Shown: positions 18,980 to 29,683, numbered from the stretch's first letter. The stretch is DNA of 64,000 nucleotides from an uncultured Spirochaetota bacterium (GCA_963827275.1 CAWHAA010000005.1:352001-416000); one strand, 5' to 3'. The notes: generated from the letters alone by a model not told the origin. A program made the numbers and translations.

Positions 18980-21900
18980 ATGAATTATTCACGCCGGGAT
19001 TTTTTGAAGATGGCGGGTGCAGGTGCCGGGGCATTAGCCCTGGGCGGACTTGGCGTAAATTATCTGGTCACAGAATCATACGCAAAAAAACTGAAAATTA
19101 AAAGGGCAAAAGAAGTCATCTCTATATGTCCTTTCTGCTCAGTGAGCTGCCACTTTATCGCTCATGTTAAAGGCGGGAAAGTCGTCAGCACCGAAGGCGA
19201 TCCGGGCTATCCCGTGAGCGAAGGCGCCCTGTGCGCGAAGGGTTCGACGATGCTCTCCATGATAAACAGCGAACACCGGTTACTGAAGCCCCTCTATCGC
19301 GCCCCCTACAGCGACAAGTGGGAAGAGAAAAGCTACGGCTGGATGGTCGAGAAGGTGGCCCGCCGCATAAAGGACACCCGCGACAAGCATTTTATAGAAA
19401 AGAACGCCGCCGGACAGATGGTCAACCGCCTTGAAGCGATGTTCCACGCAGGCTCTTCACAGATGAGCAACGAAGAAGCCTCTGTAGTCGTCCAGGCCCA
19501 GCGTGCCCTGGGAATCGTCAATATCGATCATCAGGCCCGTATTTGACACAGCCCCTCTGTCGCCAGTTTGGCGGAATCATTCGGACGGGGCGCAATGACG
19601 AATCACTGGATTGATATTAAAAACACCGACTGCTGTCTCATCATCGGCAGCAATGCAGCGGAACACCATCCCATCTGCTTTAAATGGGTCATGAAGGCGA
19701 AGGAAGAACGGAATGCCGTGATCATCCACGTTGACCCGAAATTCTCACGTACGTCCGCACGGTCCGACTTCCATGTCCCTCTCCGGTCGGGAACGGACAT
19801 AGCCTTCATGGGCGGGATGATCAACTACATTCTCCAGAACAACCTGTATTTCAAAGAATATGTGAATGACTACACCAATGCTTCTTTTATCGTGGGTCCG
19901 GGATACAACTTCAACAACGGCCTTTTCGCAGGCTATGATCCAAAAAATAAAATCTACAACAAGAAGGACTGGCAGTTCGAGCTGGATGACAAGGGCAACG
20001 TGAAGAAAGACCCGACCTTCCAGAACCCGCGTTGCGTCATGCAGATCCTGCGCAATCACTATTCGCGGTATAACATCGCCAAGGTCTCGGAAATTACCGG
20101 CGTGTCGGCGGAGAACCTCCGGAAAGTATACGAGGCCTACGCGGCAACGGGTAAACCTGACAAGGCGGGGACGATCCTTTACGCCCTGGGTTGGACCCAG
20201 CACACTGTCGGCGTGCAGAACATCCGCACCAGCGGCATCATCCAGCTCCTTCTCGGCAATGCGGGCATCGCTGGCGGTGGAGTCCAGGCGCTCAGGGGCG
20301 AGCCGAACGTGCAGGGGACCACGGACCATGCGATCCTCTATAATGTTCTCCCTGGATATCTGCCGCTTCCAAGGGCCGCCATGAAGACCCTTGCCGATTA
20401 CAACAAGTTGACCACCCCGGTCAGCAAGGAGCCTGAAAGCGTCAACTGGTGGCAGAACAGGCCCAAGTATATGACAAGCTTCCTCAAAGCCTATTTCGGC
20501 AAGAACGCCACCAAGGAGAACGATTTCGGCTACGGCTGGCTCCCGAAGGGCGATCCTGCGAAGAGCGAGCATGACGGCGATTACTCCTACATGTATCTTT
20601 TTGACAAGATGATGAAGGGTGAAATAAAGGGCGGGTCCATCTGGGCGACCAACTCAGCCAATACCCTGCCAAACACAAATAAAAACAGGAAGGCGCTGCA
20701 GAACCTTGACTTCCTCTACATGGCGGAGATCCACCAGAATGAAACGACTGACTTCTGGCACGGCCCCGGTGTTGATCCGAAAAAGGTCAAGACCGAGGTG
20801 TTCCTGTTCCCGTCATGCCACCGGGCCGAGAAAGAGGGAAGCATCAGCAACAGCGGACGCCTGATCCTGTGGCACCACCAGGCGACCGACCCCCGCGGAA
20901 AGTCCAGGTCGATGGGGCAGATCATGATCGACATTATGAATGAGGTCATCGACCTGTATGAAGACGAAGATGGCAAATTCCCCGAGCCCATCGTCAACCT
21001 GAACTGGTACAAGAAATACGATGCCGAAGAAATTGCGAAACGGGTAAACGGCTGGTTCACCAGCGGGCCGAAGAAAGGCAAACAGCTCACCGGATTTACC
21101 GATTTTGCCGATGACGGTTCGACGGCATCACTGAACTGGCTCTACGCCGGGAGCTTCACCAGCGAGGACGGCAACAAGATGAAGCGGAGAAGCTTGAAGC
21201 AGACGCCGCTCCAGAAGGCGATCGGAATATACCCGAATTTCGCCTGGTGCTGGCCAATGAACCGCTGGATCCTCTACAACAGGGCCTCGGTCGATAAAAA
21301 CGGCCAGCCGTGGGACCCCTCCCGGACAGTCATCCGTTGGGACGGCATGAAATGGGAGGGCGATGTTCCCGATGGCGGTGCGCCCCCCCTTGCGGTCCAT
21401 GGAGGCAAGAATCCCTTCATCATGCTCAAGGACGGCCTCGGACAGCTTTACGGAACGGGGCTTGTTGACGGCCCTCTGCCGGAACACTACGAACCGGTGG
21501 AAACACCTCTGCGGAACCATGGCCTGTCCGGGCAGCTCAGCAATCCCTGCGCCAAAATCGTCGAGAGCGATATGGACAAGATCGCTTCGCCGGGGGACCC
21601 GAACTACCCCATCGTGCTCACCACCTACAGCCTGACCGAGCACTGGTGCGGCGGCAGTGAAACAAGGAACGTCCCGTCCCTCCTCGAGGCGGAGCCGATG
21701 CTCTATGTCGAGATGAGCCATGAGCTGGCGGCCGAAAAGGGGATCAATAATGGAGACCCGGTCATAGTGGAAAATATCCGCGGCAGGGTCGAGGCGGTCG
21801 CCATGGTAACGGTCCGTATGACGCCGTTGCGGGTCCAGGGGAGGACAGTCCACCTGATAGGCATGCCCTTCGCCTTTGGATGGACCAAGAAAGGAATCGG

Positions 21901-22048
21901 CGACGCGACGAACCGCCTGACCATATGGGCGGGGGACCCCAACACCTCGATCCCCGAGTACAAGGCCTGCCTGGTGAATATCAGGAAGGCGGACAAAGTG
22001 ACCGAGCTTTCCAACGAAAAACCAACGGGAGGAGAACATCATGTCTAA
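18980..22048 (+). CDS. fdnG: Tat-exported selenocysteine formate dehydrogenase alpha (FdnG/FdhA type); Sec UGA at 19544-19546
   Basis: SRRDFLK twin-arginine; CPFCSVSC...LCAKG; IDHQARI-UGA-HSPSVASL in frame with GRGAMTNHW; ALRGEPNVQG; PEYKACLVN. Confidence 0.93.
19560..19574 (+). promoter_or_regulatory. Bacterial SECIS hairpin (FDH2)
   Basis: TCGCCA-GTT-TGGCGG about 13 nt after the in-frame TGA. Confidence 0.7.
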
Positions 22049-22730
22049 GACATTCTTCATAGATACATCGCGATGCACCGCATGCAGGGGATGCCAGGTG
22101 GCCTGCAAGGAATGGCAGGAGTTCCCGGCGAACCACACGACGCAGCTCGGGTGGGGTTCACACCAGAACCCCCCCGACCTCAACTGCTTCAATTACAAGG
22201 TCGTAAAGTTCAGCGAGTTCAAGGTAAAGGACCGGGTGTTCTGGAATTTCTTCCCGGACCAGTGCCGTCATTGCACCGAGCCGCCCTGCAAGGTCGCGGC
22301 CGACGGCGAGGTAAAAGGCGCCGTGGTGATCGACAAGGAGACCGGGGCGGTCATATTCACCGAGCGCACGAAAAAGATATCGAAGGGCGGCTTTCTGCAG
22401 ATGAAGGAATACTGCCCCTATAATATTCCGCGCAGGAACGAAAAAACCGGCATAATCAACAAGTGCGACATGTGCCTTGACAGGGTGGAAGCCGGACATA
22501 TTCCCATGTGCGTGAAGACCTGCCCCACGGGCGCGATGAGCTTCGGCGAAAGGGAAGAAATCCTTGAGAAGGCGCACAAGAGGCTTTCTGTCGTAAAAAA
22601 GGAATTCCCCGAAGCCACGCTGCTGGACGAGGGCAGTGTGCGGGTGATCTATCTCATTACCCATAAACGCGAGTTGTATCATGACAATGCGATGCTGAAA
22701 CAACCTGAAAAGAACGCATCGCTCGCATAA
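22041..22730 (+). CDS. Formate dehydrogenase beta (Fe-S) subunit, apparently three clusters
   Basis: CTACRGCQVAC, CRHCTEPPC, degenerate third motif (QMKEYCPY), KCDMC...CVKTC. Confidence 0.9.
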   Translation: MSKTFFIDTSRCTACRGCQVACKEWQEFPANHTTQLGWGSHQNPPDLNCFNYKVVKFSEFKVKDRVFWNFFPDQCRHCTEPPCKVAADGEVKGAVVIDKETGAVIFTERTKKISKGGFLQMKEYCPYNIPRRNEKTGIINKCDMCLDRVEAGHIPMCVKTCPTGAMSFGEREEILEKAHKRLSVVKKEFPEATLLDEGSVRVIYLITHKRELYHDNAMLKQPEKNASLA

Positions 22731-22751
22731 ATCAGACGGGCACAGGATATC

Positions 22752-23633
22752 ATGAACGCAATCACCGAAATTACGTCAGACTACATCAGCAAGGCAGTGA
22801 CCCAGGTAAAAAAGATAAAACCCGATTACCTCTCATTGCTGGAGCTGTATGAGAAAATTTTCATCGCCCAGGAAGAAGCCAGGAAACTGGTCCGTCTGCA
22901 AGACTACCGGATACCGGACGATGTGTTAGCTTTAAAATTTTCGGAAAAATTCCCGATGGTCGAGATCTCTCAATTCGCCATAGATGGCGAATCGGCCGGC
23001 AGGCTCTTCCGTACGGTCTGTGACATTCTTTTGGCGGCAGGGAAACATATTTCCGAAAATATAATCAAGATCAGGAGCGCCGTTGAGAATGGATCTCTAA
23101 GCACGGAGCGGCTCTTTTCCGCTATGATCATGTATGATGAATCATTCCTGAAAACAATAGAAGAGGAATTCGCTATTGACAGAGAGGTTCTGCGCTTTGT
23201 GGCTTATAACAGCATGAAGCCATCGCTTGTCATGTTTTCGGAGATGGTCTCTTCTTATCTCGACAGGGAAAATGAGTGGGAAAAGGGATATTGCCCGGTT
23301 TGCGGGTCAATGCCGGAATTATCGGTGTTTGATGTTAATGGGAAGCGGTCATTCGTCTGCAGCTTCTGCGCCCACGAATGGCCGTCAAGAAGAGTATATT
23401 GCTCATTTTGCGAAAATACAGATCATGACACCCTCCGCTATTATGAGATTGAAGATGAAGAGGAGTACAGGGTTGATGTTTGCGACAGGTGCAAGAGATA
23501 CATCAAGACAGTAGACATTAATAAAACTTCCCGTCCGCTGTATCTCCCACTCGAGAAAATATCAACGCCATACATCGATTTAAAATTCAAGGAGATGGGA
23601 TATATTCCCGGGAATATACCGGTTGCGCGATAA
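22752..23633 (+). CDS. fdhE: Formate dehydrogenase accessory protein FdhE
   Basis: CPVCGSMP, CSFCAHEW, CSFCEN, VCDRCKRYIK. Confidence 0.88.
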   Translation: MNAITEITSDYISKAVTQVKKIKPDYLSLLELYEKIFIAQEEARKLVRLQDYRIPDDVLALKFSEKFPMVEISQFAIDGESAGRLFRTVCDILLAAGKHISENIIKIRSAVENGSLSTERLFSAMIMYDESFLKTIEEEFAIDREVLRFVAYNSMKPSLVMFSEMVSSYLDRENEWEKGYCPVCGSMPELSVFDVNGKRSFVCSFCAHEWPSRRVYCSFCENTDHDTLRYYEIEDEEEYRVDVCDRCKRYIKTVDINKTSRPLYLPLEKISTPYIDLKFKEMGYIPGNIPVAR

Positions 23634-23704
23634 AGATACCACCATGCGTACCAGCAGCATCTTTATCGTTTCATAAAAAACAATAAAACACAAGGAGAAC
23701 TTTC

Positions 23705-24259
23705 GTGAAACGCTCATTATCACTTTTTTTTATCCCTTTTGTAATCTTTGCATCTATTTTTTTTGTATTCTCAAAAAAATCATGTAATGATATAATGCAG
23801 GCGGATGCGGCAAAAAAAATCCCTTTCATGCACAAAACGCATGTTGAGAAATATGAGATCAGGGACTGCCAGACCTGCCATAAATATGATGCAAATGGAA
23901 GGTTCCAGGGCATACCGACCATCGGTGAATGTACCGCATGTCACGACAGAAACGGCGACCTTACCAACAACGACCACATGACGCCGAGAAAAAAATCAAT
24001 GTTTGATTCATATGCCGATACGGACAAACCATGGACATCATGGGCAAAACAACCGGACCTCGTCTATTTCAGCCATAAAGTCGTCATGACCGCAAAATTT
24101 GAAGATGGAAGGATGAAATCGCGGTGCGAGGCGTGCCATGGCGACAAAGCCAGTTCTACGGGTACCGCGATGATCAAGGGGAAAATGCTGATGGGACAGT
24201 GCATGGATTGCCATGATGCGCTTCGAATCAGCAACAAATGCACCGTCTGTCACGATTGA
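23705..24259 (+). CDS. Membrane-anchored pentaheme cytochrome c (QrcA/ActA/c3-like)
   Basis: N-terminal hydrophobic helix; five CxxCH motifs (CQTCH, CTACH, CEACH, CMDCH, CTVCH). Confidence 0.85.
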   Translation: MKRSLSLFFIPFVIFASIFFVFSKKSCNDIMQADAAKKIPFMHKTHVEKYEIRDCQTCHKYDANGRFQGIPTIGECTACHDRNGDLTNNDHMTPRKKSMFDSYADTDKPWTSWAKQPDLVYFSHKVVMTAKFEDGRMKSRCEACHGDKASSTGTAMIKGKMLMGQCMDCHDALRISNKCTVCHD

Positions 24260-24272
24260 TAATCCGGAAAAC

Positions 24273-24321
24273 CACTACCTGATGCGATGATGAAAACCGT
24301 TATATCACGCATCAGGTAGTG
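24273..24321. terminator. Long hairpin between convergent genes
   Basis: CACTACCTGATGCG ... CGCATCAGGTAGTG 14-bp perfect stem. Confidence 0.6.
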
Positions 24322-24366
24322 ATCAATATTTCTTTGAGTGCAAACTCTGGTTGCTCCGGTCCACGC

Positions 24367-25386
24367 TCATCTCCCTCCGCCCCTCGTGACGCTAAAAAGC
24401 TCGATCTTCTGTTTCTTGCCGCGCAGTGCGATCGATCCCAGGCCCTCAAAAGCATGCCCGCCCTGCGGCAGCGCGTTTTTCAGATCGCCCGATATGATGC
24501 AGCTTCGCGACTTCGCCCTGCACTCGGACTGTATCCGGGAGGTGGTGTTGACCACGTCTCCGAGGAACGCGACCTCGCGCTTGTAGTCCCCCATCTCGCC
24601 GACCACCACGCTTCCGCAGTGTATGCCGGCTGAAAACCGCGGCCACACGCCGTACTTTTCCTCATATCTCCCGCGCAGGACGTCAATCCTGTCAGCTATC
24701 TGGAAAAAGCATTCGAGGCAGTTCCCGTCCCGGATCCCGTCCTTCATCTTCCAGGTCACGATAATTTCATCACCCACGTATTTGTATATCTCGCCCTTGC
24801 ATTCAACGATGGCGCGCGTCGCATCGAAGAAAAAATCATTCAGGAACGAATGGAACCTGACATCGCCGATCTCCTCCGCGATTGCGGTCGATGACGATAG
24901 ATCGAGGAACATGAAGATCCGTGTTTCCCTCACCGGCTTGTGGTACAGGCCGATCAGCAGCCGGATCAGCGCCCTCTGGCCCAGCAGCCTGCTTATGTTT
25001 ATCAGCAGCATGATCCCGAGGATAAAGAAGATGGCGGTGCCGAAGCCCGGGAGGAGAAACATCCTGACATCGGAGACGAGGTCTTTCGTCCCGAAAACGA
25101 TGACATGGGAAATGGCGTACGATAGAACGATCACGATGGTGAAAATGATCGAACGGGAGAGGACAATCATGATGATCGACAGCTTCCAGATGCGATCAAA
25201 TATAAAGTATTCCACGTAAAACACGGTGAACCCGATCAAAAGCCCGCAGATCATGCCCTGGATGACGGTATATACGGTCGGATCGGGGGAAATCAGGAAT
25301 GAAGTGGCCGCCCCGATGACAATGCCGACCAGCGAGGGGCCGGCCAGCATCCCCAGCCGCATGCCGTGATAGCGTGAAACCCTCAT
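24367..25386 (-). CDS. Membrane-bound class III adenylate/guanylate cyclase
   Basis: Several TM helices; FMFLDLSSST, YKYVGDEI, AGIHCG, GDVVNTTSRIQ, LRGK; start uncertain. Confidence 0.85.
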   Translation of the reverse strand: MRVSRYHGMRLGMLAGPSLVGIVIGAATSFLISPDPTVYTVIQGMICGLLIGFTVFYVEYFIFDRIWKLSIIMIVLSRSIIFTIVIVLSYAISHVIVFGTKDLVSDVRMFLLPGFGTAIFFILGIMLLINISRLLGQRALIRLLIGLYHKPVRETRIFMFLDLSSSTAIAEEIGDVRFHSFLNDFFFDATRAIVECKGEIYKYVGDEIIVTWKMKDGIRDGNCLECFFQIADRIDVLRGRYEEKYGVWPRFSAGIHCGSVVVGEMGDYKREVAFLGDVVNTTSRIQSECRAKSRSCIISGDLKNALPQGGHAFEGLGSIALRGKKQKIELFSVTRGGGR

Positions 25387-25555
25387 CCAGAACCCCTCCC
25401 GCGCGCAGCGTAATCCGGCCGTCAACCCGGTTATCAGCGTCTATTAATACCGTCCCCGAAACCCCTCTGTCAATACTTATACTACAAAAATATTCGTTGA
25501 TAAAAAATGATCGTTCCCCGAATGTACCATCCAGATCATTACAGGCGCCATTGCG

Positions 25556-26233
25556 ATGAATCCCGATAACCGGAACACCCCGTACCACAAGGAATCCGCG
25601 CCCTGCGGAACACAGAACAGCTATGAAACGGCGTATAATGACGCGGCCATGAAACTCGCGTCATTATCACCGGCGGAAACCGCCATCAAGAGCGGCGCGA
25701 CAGTTGCCGCACTCGGCGCAGGCCATGCCATCTCGCTCTTTTTTTTCAGGGACAATGTCACGATAACCCATCCGGATATATCCGTAACATTTCATGACCG
25801 GAACGATGACGTGCCCATGTGGGCGAAGATACTCATCCTCCATTATCTCGTGCGGGCGGGAGGCGCCCCGCACAGCGGCGCGCAGATCACCTTCAAACAG
25901 CTCGAGGGCGGCATGGGATATTATACCGCGTTCCAGCGGAGGAGCATCACCCCCCTTCTCGGCCTGTTTGGCGACGCTATGGACCAATTCCTCACCGCCG
26001 GCGCCGCGGCCGGCGGCGTCCCGGCGCCCGTCGGAGATTGCGCGCTGACCTTCCGCGCCTTCCCGAAGGTGGACGTGACCTTCGCGCTCTGGAGGGGCGA
26101 TGACGAGTTCCCGCCGTCGGGAAGCGTCATCTTCGATTCGTCGGTCCAGGACTACCTGTCAACCGAGGACGTGGCCGTGCTCTGCAACATGATCGCGGTG
26201 AGCATCATGAAGGCGCACCGGTCCGGGTCTTAG
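25556..26233 (+). CDS. DUF3786-like protein (often associated with Wood-Ljungdahl/corrinoid genes)
   Basis: ILILHYL, ITFKQLEGG..Y...F, FPKV...LWRGDDEFPPSGSVIFD...YLSTED. Confidence 0.7.
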   Translation: MNPDNRNTPYHKESAPCGTQNSYETAYNDAAMKLASLSPAETAIKSGATVAALGAGHAISLFFFRDNVTITHPDISVTFHDRNDDVPMWAKILILHYLVRAGGAPHSGAQITFKQLEGGMGYYTAFQRRSITPLLGLFGDAMDQFLTAGAAAGGVPAPVGDCALTFRAFPKVDVTFALWRGDDEFPPSGSVIFDSSVQDYLSTEDVAVLCNMIAVSIMKAHRSGS

Positions 26234-27015
26234 CTGCCGGGCATCATGTCCTTTATTTTCACTTCCGGGTGATGGTAGCGCTCGTACGCGGGGGTTTTCT
26301 TCCCGTACTGTATCGCGGTTTGCGGGCACCACTGGATGCACGCCAGGCACTGTTCGCAGCGATGGTGCCAGGCCGGCCTGCCGGCTTCAATCGTGATGTT
26401 ACCGGCCGGGCATACCTTCGCGCAGATGCCGCACCCGTTGCACCGGTCATCGACCCAGAAATCCCTGTCAAGCTTCGGGACCATGTTGAAGGTCATCCTG
26501 TACAGCGCGGTAAACACTATCCTCTGCCACAGCGGCCCTTTTTCAATGTGCCCGTGTTCCCTCTTTTTTACAAGGTCCGCAGCGCGGGCGATTTTTTCCC
26601 TCGCGGCGCGGTACTGCTCCTCCATGCGATCGGCCGGGCCGGGCCCGCCCCAGGGAATGTAATTGCTCGGCAGCACAATATCGAACCCCGCCGCGAGCTC
26701 AATGCCGCAGGCCCGCATGACCGCTCCCAGCTGGACAAGCGTCCTGGAAACCTGCCCCGCGTTGACCGCAACGGCAAAGTAATATGTGTCGGGATGTTTT
26801 TCAAGTTTATGCAGAAAGTTCAGCACCGGGGCGGGTACGCCCCACATGTGCACCGGGAAGACCAGGCCTGCCGCGCCCGCGCCTGCGGCGGATACGGGGC
26901 CCTTTCCCGCGCGCGCCATGTCGTACAGGAGCGCGTCACCAATCCCGTCCGCCATCAGCCGCGCCGTCCATAGCGAATTACCCGTGCCGGTATAATAATA
27001 GATCGTGGTTCTCAT
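26230..27015 (-). CDS. EFR1-like flavodoxin-ferredoxin fusion
   Basis: YYTGTGNS flavodoxin start; LPSNY; CNGCGICAKVCP and CEQCLACIQWCP. Confidence 0.85.
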   Translation of the reverse strand: MRTTIYYYTGTGNSLWTARLMADGIGDALLYDMARAGKGPVSAAGAGAAGLVFPVHMWGVPAPVLNFLHKLEKHPDTYYFAVAVNAGQVSRTLVQLGAVMRACGIELAAGFDIVLPSNYIPWGGPGPADRMEEQYRAAREKIARAADLVKKREHGHIEKGPLWQRIVFTALYRMTFNMVPKLDRDFWVDDRCNGCGICAKVCPAGNITIEAGRPAWHHRCEQCLACIQWCPQTAIQYGKKTPAYERYHHPEVKIKDMMPGS

Positions 27016-27169
27016 AATTCCTCCCGTATGCAGCACACGCTCTCATGAGAGCACCGGTGAAAATAATTGTCCACCAGAATTTGCCTCATGGCAATTTCGT
27101 TCTGGACATATTATACCGGCCCCGGTATCTGTTCCGGTATGGATGCAGCTCCACAGGGCCGGCTGTCTT

Positions 27170-27198
27170 ACGCCCCCTCTGGGGGGTTCGGGGGGCCT
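27170..27198. repeat. Second copy of the C/G-run REP-like motif
   Basis: ACGCCCCCTCTGGGGGGTTCGGGGGGCCT resembles 1494-1524. Confidence 0.5.
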
Positions 27199-27253
27199 CC
27201 GAATTTCCGACAATGGAACCGGATGCTCCGCGCATGAATCAGGAGGGACCACC

Positions 27254-28006
27254 ATGAAGCTTGCGGTAACCGGAAAAGGCGGCGTGGGAAAAACCACGGT
27301 CGCGTCACTTATCATCCAGCACCTGGCGGCCGGGGGAAAGCGCGTCATCGCGATCGACGCCGATCCCGACGCGAACCTCGCCTCCGCCCTCGGGTTCGCC
27401 GGCGCGGATTCCATCACACCCATTGCCGAGATGGAGCACCTCGTGGAAGAGCGGACCGGCGCAAAACCTGGTCAGTCCGGCTCATTTTTTTCGATAAATC
27501 CGAAGGTCGACGACCTGCCCGAGAAGCTCTGGCTGGAAAAGGGAAACATCCGGCTCATGGTGATGGGGACCGTGAAGAAGGGGGGCGGCGGGTGCGTGTG
27601 TCCCGAAAGCGCGCTCCTCAAGAACCTGGTATCGCACGTGGTCTTTTACCGTGATGATATCGTGGTCATGGACATGGAGGCGGGGATCGAGCACCTGGGC
27701 CGCGGCACCGCCACCGCCGTGGACATGGTGATCGTGGTGGTGGAGCCGGGACGGCGCAGCATCGAGACCGCGGACAAGATCAGGAGGCTCGCGGCCGACC
27801 TGGGGATCGTCCGGATCGGGATCGTGGGGAACAAGGTCCGCGGCGCCGGCGACGAGGAATTTATCCGCGAAAACCTCGCGGGCCTGAAGGTCCTGGGGTT
27901 CATCCCCTATGACGGCAGGCTGATAGAGGCGGACCTGGAAGGACGCGGTTCGCCCGCGGAATTCTCCGGGATCATCGGCGGGATAATCAGAAACATAGCG
28001 CCGTAG
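27254..28006 (+). CDS. cooC: CODH/ACS nickel-insertion ATPase CooC/AcsF
   Basis: GKGGVGKTT, DADPDANL, GGGGCVCPE, DMEAGIEHLGRGT. Confidence 0.92.
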   Translation: MKLAVTGKGGVGKTTVASLIIQHLAAGGKRVIAIDADPDANLASALGFAGADSITPIAEMEHLVEERTGAKPGQSGSFFSINPKVDDLPEKLWLEKGNIRLMVMGTVKKGGGGCVCPESALLKNLVSHVVFYRDDIVVMDMEAGIEHLGRGTATAVDMVIVVVEPGRRSIETADKIRRLAADLGIVRIGIVGNKVRGAGDEEFIRENLAGLKVLGFIPYDGRLIEADLEGRGSPAEFSGIIGGIIRNIAP

Positions 28007-28015
28007 GCTCCGCGT

Positions 28016-28381
28016 TTACTCGCAGTACACCGCTTTCGCGTTCTCGGATTCCCATACGGTCACTGAAACGATCGCGACGCCGGCGGGAAGCTGCCCCTTC
28101 ATGCGTTCGTAGATATGGCGGGCAAGAAGCTCCGAGCTCGGGTTTTTGTCCGTGAAGCCCTCGACCTCGTTCAGCATGACGTGGTCGAGGGGATCAACGA
28201 CGCTTTTAAGGATCTTTTTCAAGACGGAAAAATCCACGAGGATGCCGATCTCGTCCAGTGTTTCGCCCCCGACCTCAACCTCCACCTTCCAGTTATGACC
28301 GTGCACCGCTTCGCATTTTCCCCGGTATCCCTTGAGCTGGTGGGCGGAGGAAAAATAATCATGCACGGTCAGGCGGTACAC
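28016..28381 (-). CDS. queD: 6-carboxy-5,6,7,8-tetrahydropterin synthase
   Basis: FSSAHQL...CEAVHGHNW, LDH..LN, NPSSE, VWES. Confidence 0.92.
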   Translation of the reverse strand: MYRLTVHDYFSSAHQLKGYRGKCEAVHGHNWKVEVEVGGETLDEIGILVDFSVLKKILKSVVDPLDHVMLNEVEGFTDKNPSSELLARHIYERMKGQLPAGVAIVSVTVWESENAKAVYCE

Positions 28382-28384
28382 GGG

Positions 28385-29683
28385 CTACACCTCGACATGC
28401 GCCGATCTGAGCTGCTGGCTGTTCTCGAGCGAGATGAAATCCTCATCGAACGAATACCAGATGACCTGGTAGTCTTTCCTGAAGTCCTTGACGTCGTCGC
28501 CGACGAACTTCCCGTCCATCAGGCAGTGCTTCATGAAATCGGCGATCATCTCCATCTCGCGCTCCTGCATGCCGAAGCGGGTCATCTCCTGGACGCCGAT
28601 GCGGACGCCGCTCGGGTTGCTCACCTTCCCCAGCGGGTCGAAGGGGAGCAGGTTCATGTTCAGGATGATGTTATTGTCCTTCAGGACGCGGGACACTTCG
28701 TCGCCGCCGCCCAGTTCTTTCACGTTGACCGCCACCTGGTGGCTCTCGGTGTACCCGAATTCCTTGGCCTCGACATTGAAGCCCCTGTTCTCCAGGGCAA
28801 CGGCCAGCGCCTTCGCGTTCCGTATCACCTGCTCCGCGTACGCCTCGCCGAACACCATGAACTCGAACGTCGTGATGGAAAGAGAGACCAGCGTGTCGAG
28901 GTGGTGGTTGCTCGAGCTCCCCGGGAACGCCCCCTTGTCTATCTTGGCCCAGTCAGTGTCCTTCATGTTGCTGAAGACGATGCCGCGCTGCGAGCCGAAG
29001 AAGGTCTTGTGCGTGCTCGCGTTCACCACCTGCGCACCCTCTTTGAGCGGGTTCTGGAAGCGTTTCCCGGCGATGAGCCCCAGCACGTGGGCCGCGTCGT
29101 AAATAAGGATGATGCCGTTCTCGCGGCAGATGGTCGCCAGCTCCTTTACGGGATCGGGAAAGAGGTAGAGGCTCTTGCCCATGATCATGACCTTGACCGG
29201 CACCTTCTGGAGTATATTGATGGTCTCCTTGACGTCGATGTGGTACCCGTCCGGCGTAAGCGGGAAATTGATGATGTTCGAGGTATACTTACCGACCGAT
29301 CCGTGGCGGTGGTGGCTGATATGGCCGCCGCCGGAAGTGGAGTTGACCATGACGATATCGCCCGGCTTGATGTAGCGGCTGAATACCGCGTCATTCGCCA
29401 CGGTCCCGGAAATGGGCCGCACGTCCAGGTGCTTGCAGTCAAAAAGCGACTTCAGGTGCTGCTTTACCCTGGCCTCGATCTCGTCGATGATCTCCGTGCC
29501 CTGGTAATACCGCTCGCCCGGGTGCCCCTCCGCGTAGCGGTGGCAGAAGTCCGAGCCCATCACCCCCCGGGCGCGCTTGCTCATCACGTTTTCACTGGCT
29601 ATCAGGTTTATGGTGCCCATGCGCCATTCGTTCTGCGTCTTTACGAGCTCTTCAATCCGCTCGATATTTCGTTGATATATCAT
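28385..29683 (-). CDS. glyA: Serine hydroxymethyltransferase (archaeal-like subtype)
   Basis: NLIASEN, YAEG.PG.RYY.G, GGHISH, YDAAH, STHKTFFGSQRG, PSGVRIG. Confidence 0.93.
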   Translation of the reverse strand: MIYQRNIERIEELVKTQNEWRMGTINLIASENVMSKRARGVMGSDFCHRYAEGHPGERYYQGTEIIDEIEARVKQHLKSLFDCKHLDVRPISGTVANDAVFSRYIKPGDIVMVNSTSGGGHISHHRHGSVGKYTSNIINFPLTPDGYHIDVKETINILQKVPVKVMIMGKSLYLFPDPVKELATICRENGIILIYDAAHVLGLIAGKRFQNPLKEGAQVVNASTHKTFFGSQRGIVFSNMKDTDWAKIDKGAFPGSSSNHHLDTLVSLSITTFEFMVFGEAYAEQVIRNAKALAVALENRGFNVEAKEFGYTESHQVAVNVKELGGGDEVSRVLKDNNIILNMNLLPFDPLGKVSNPSGVRIGVQEMTRFGMQEREMEMIADFMKHCLMDGKFVGDDVKDFRKDYQVIWYSFDEDFISLENSQQLRSAHVEV

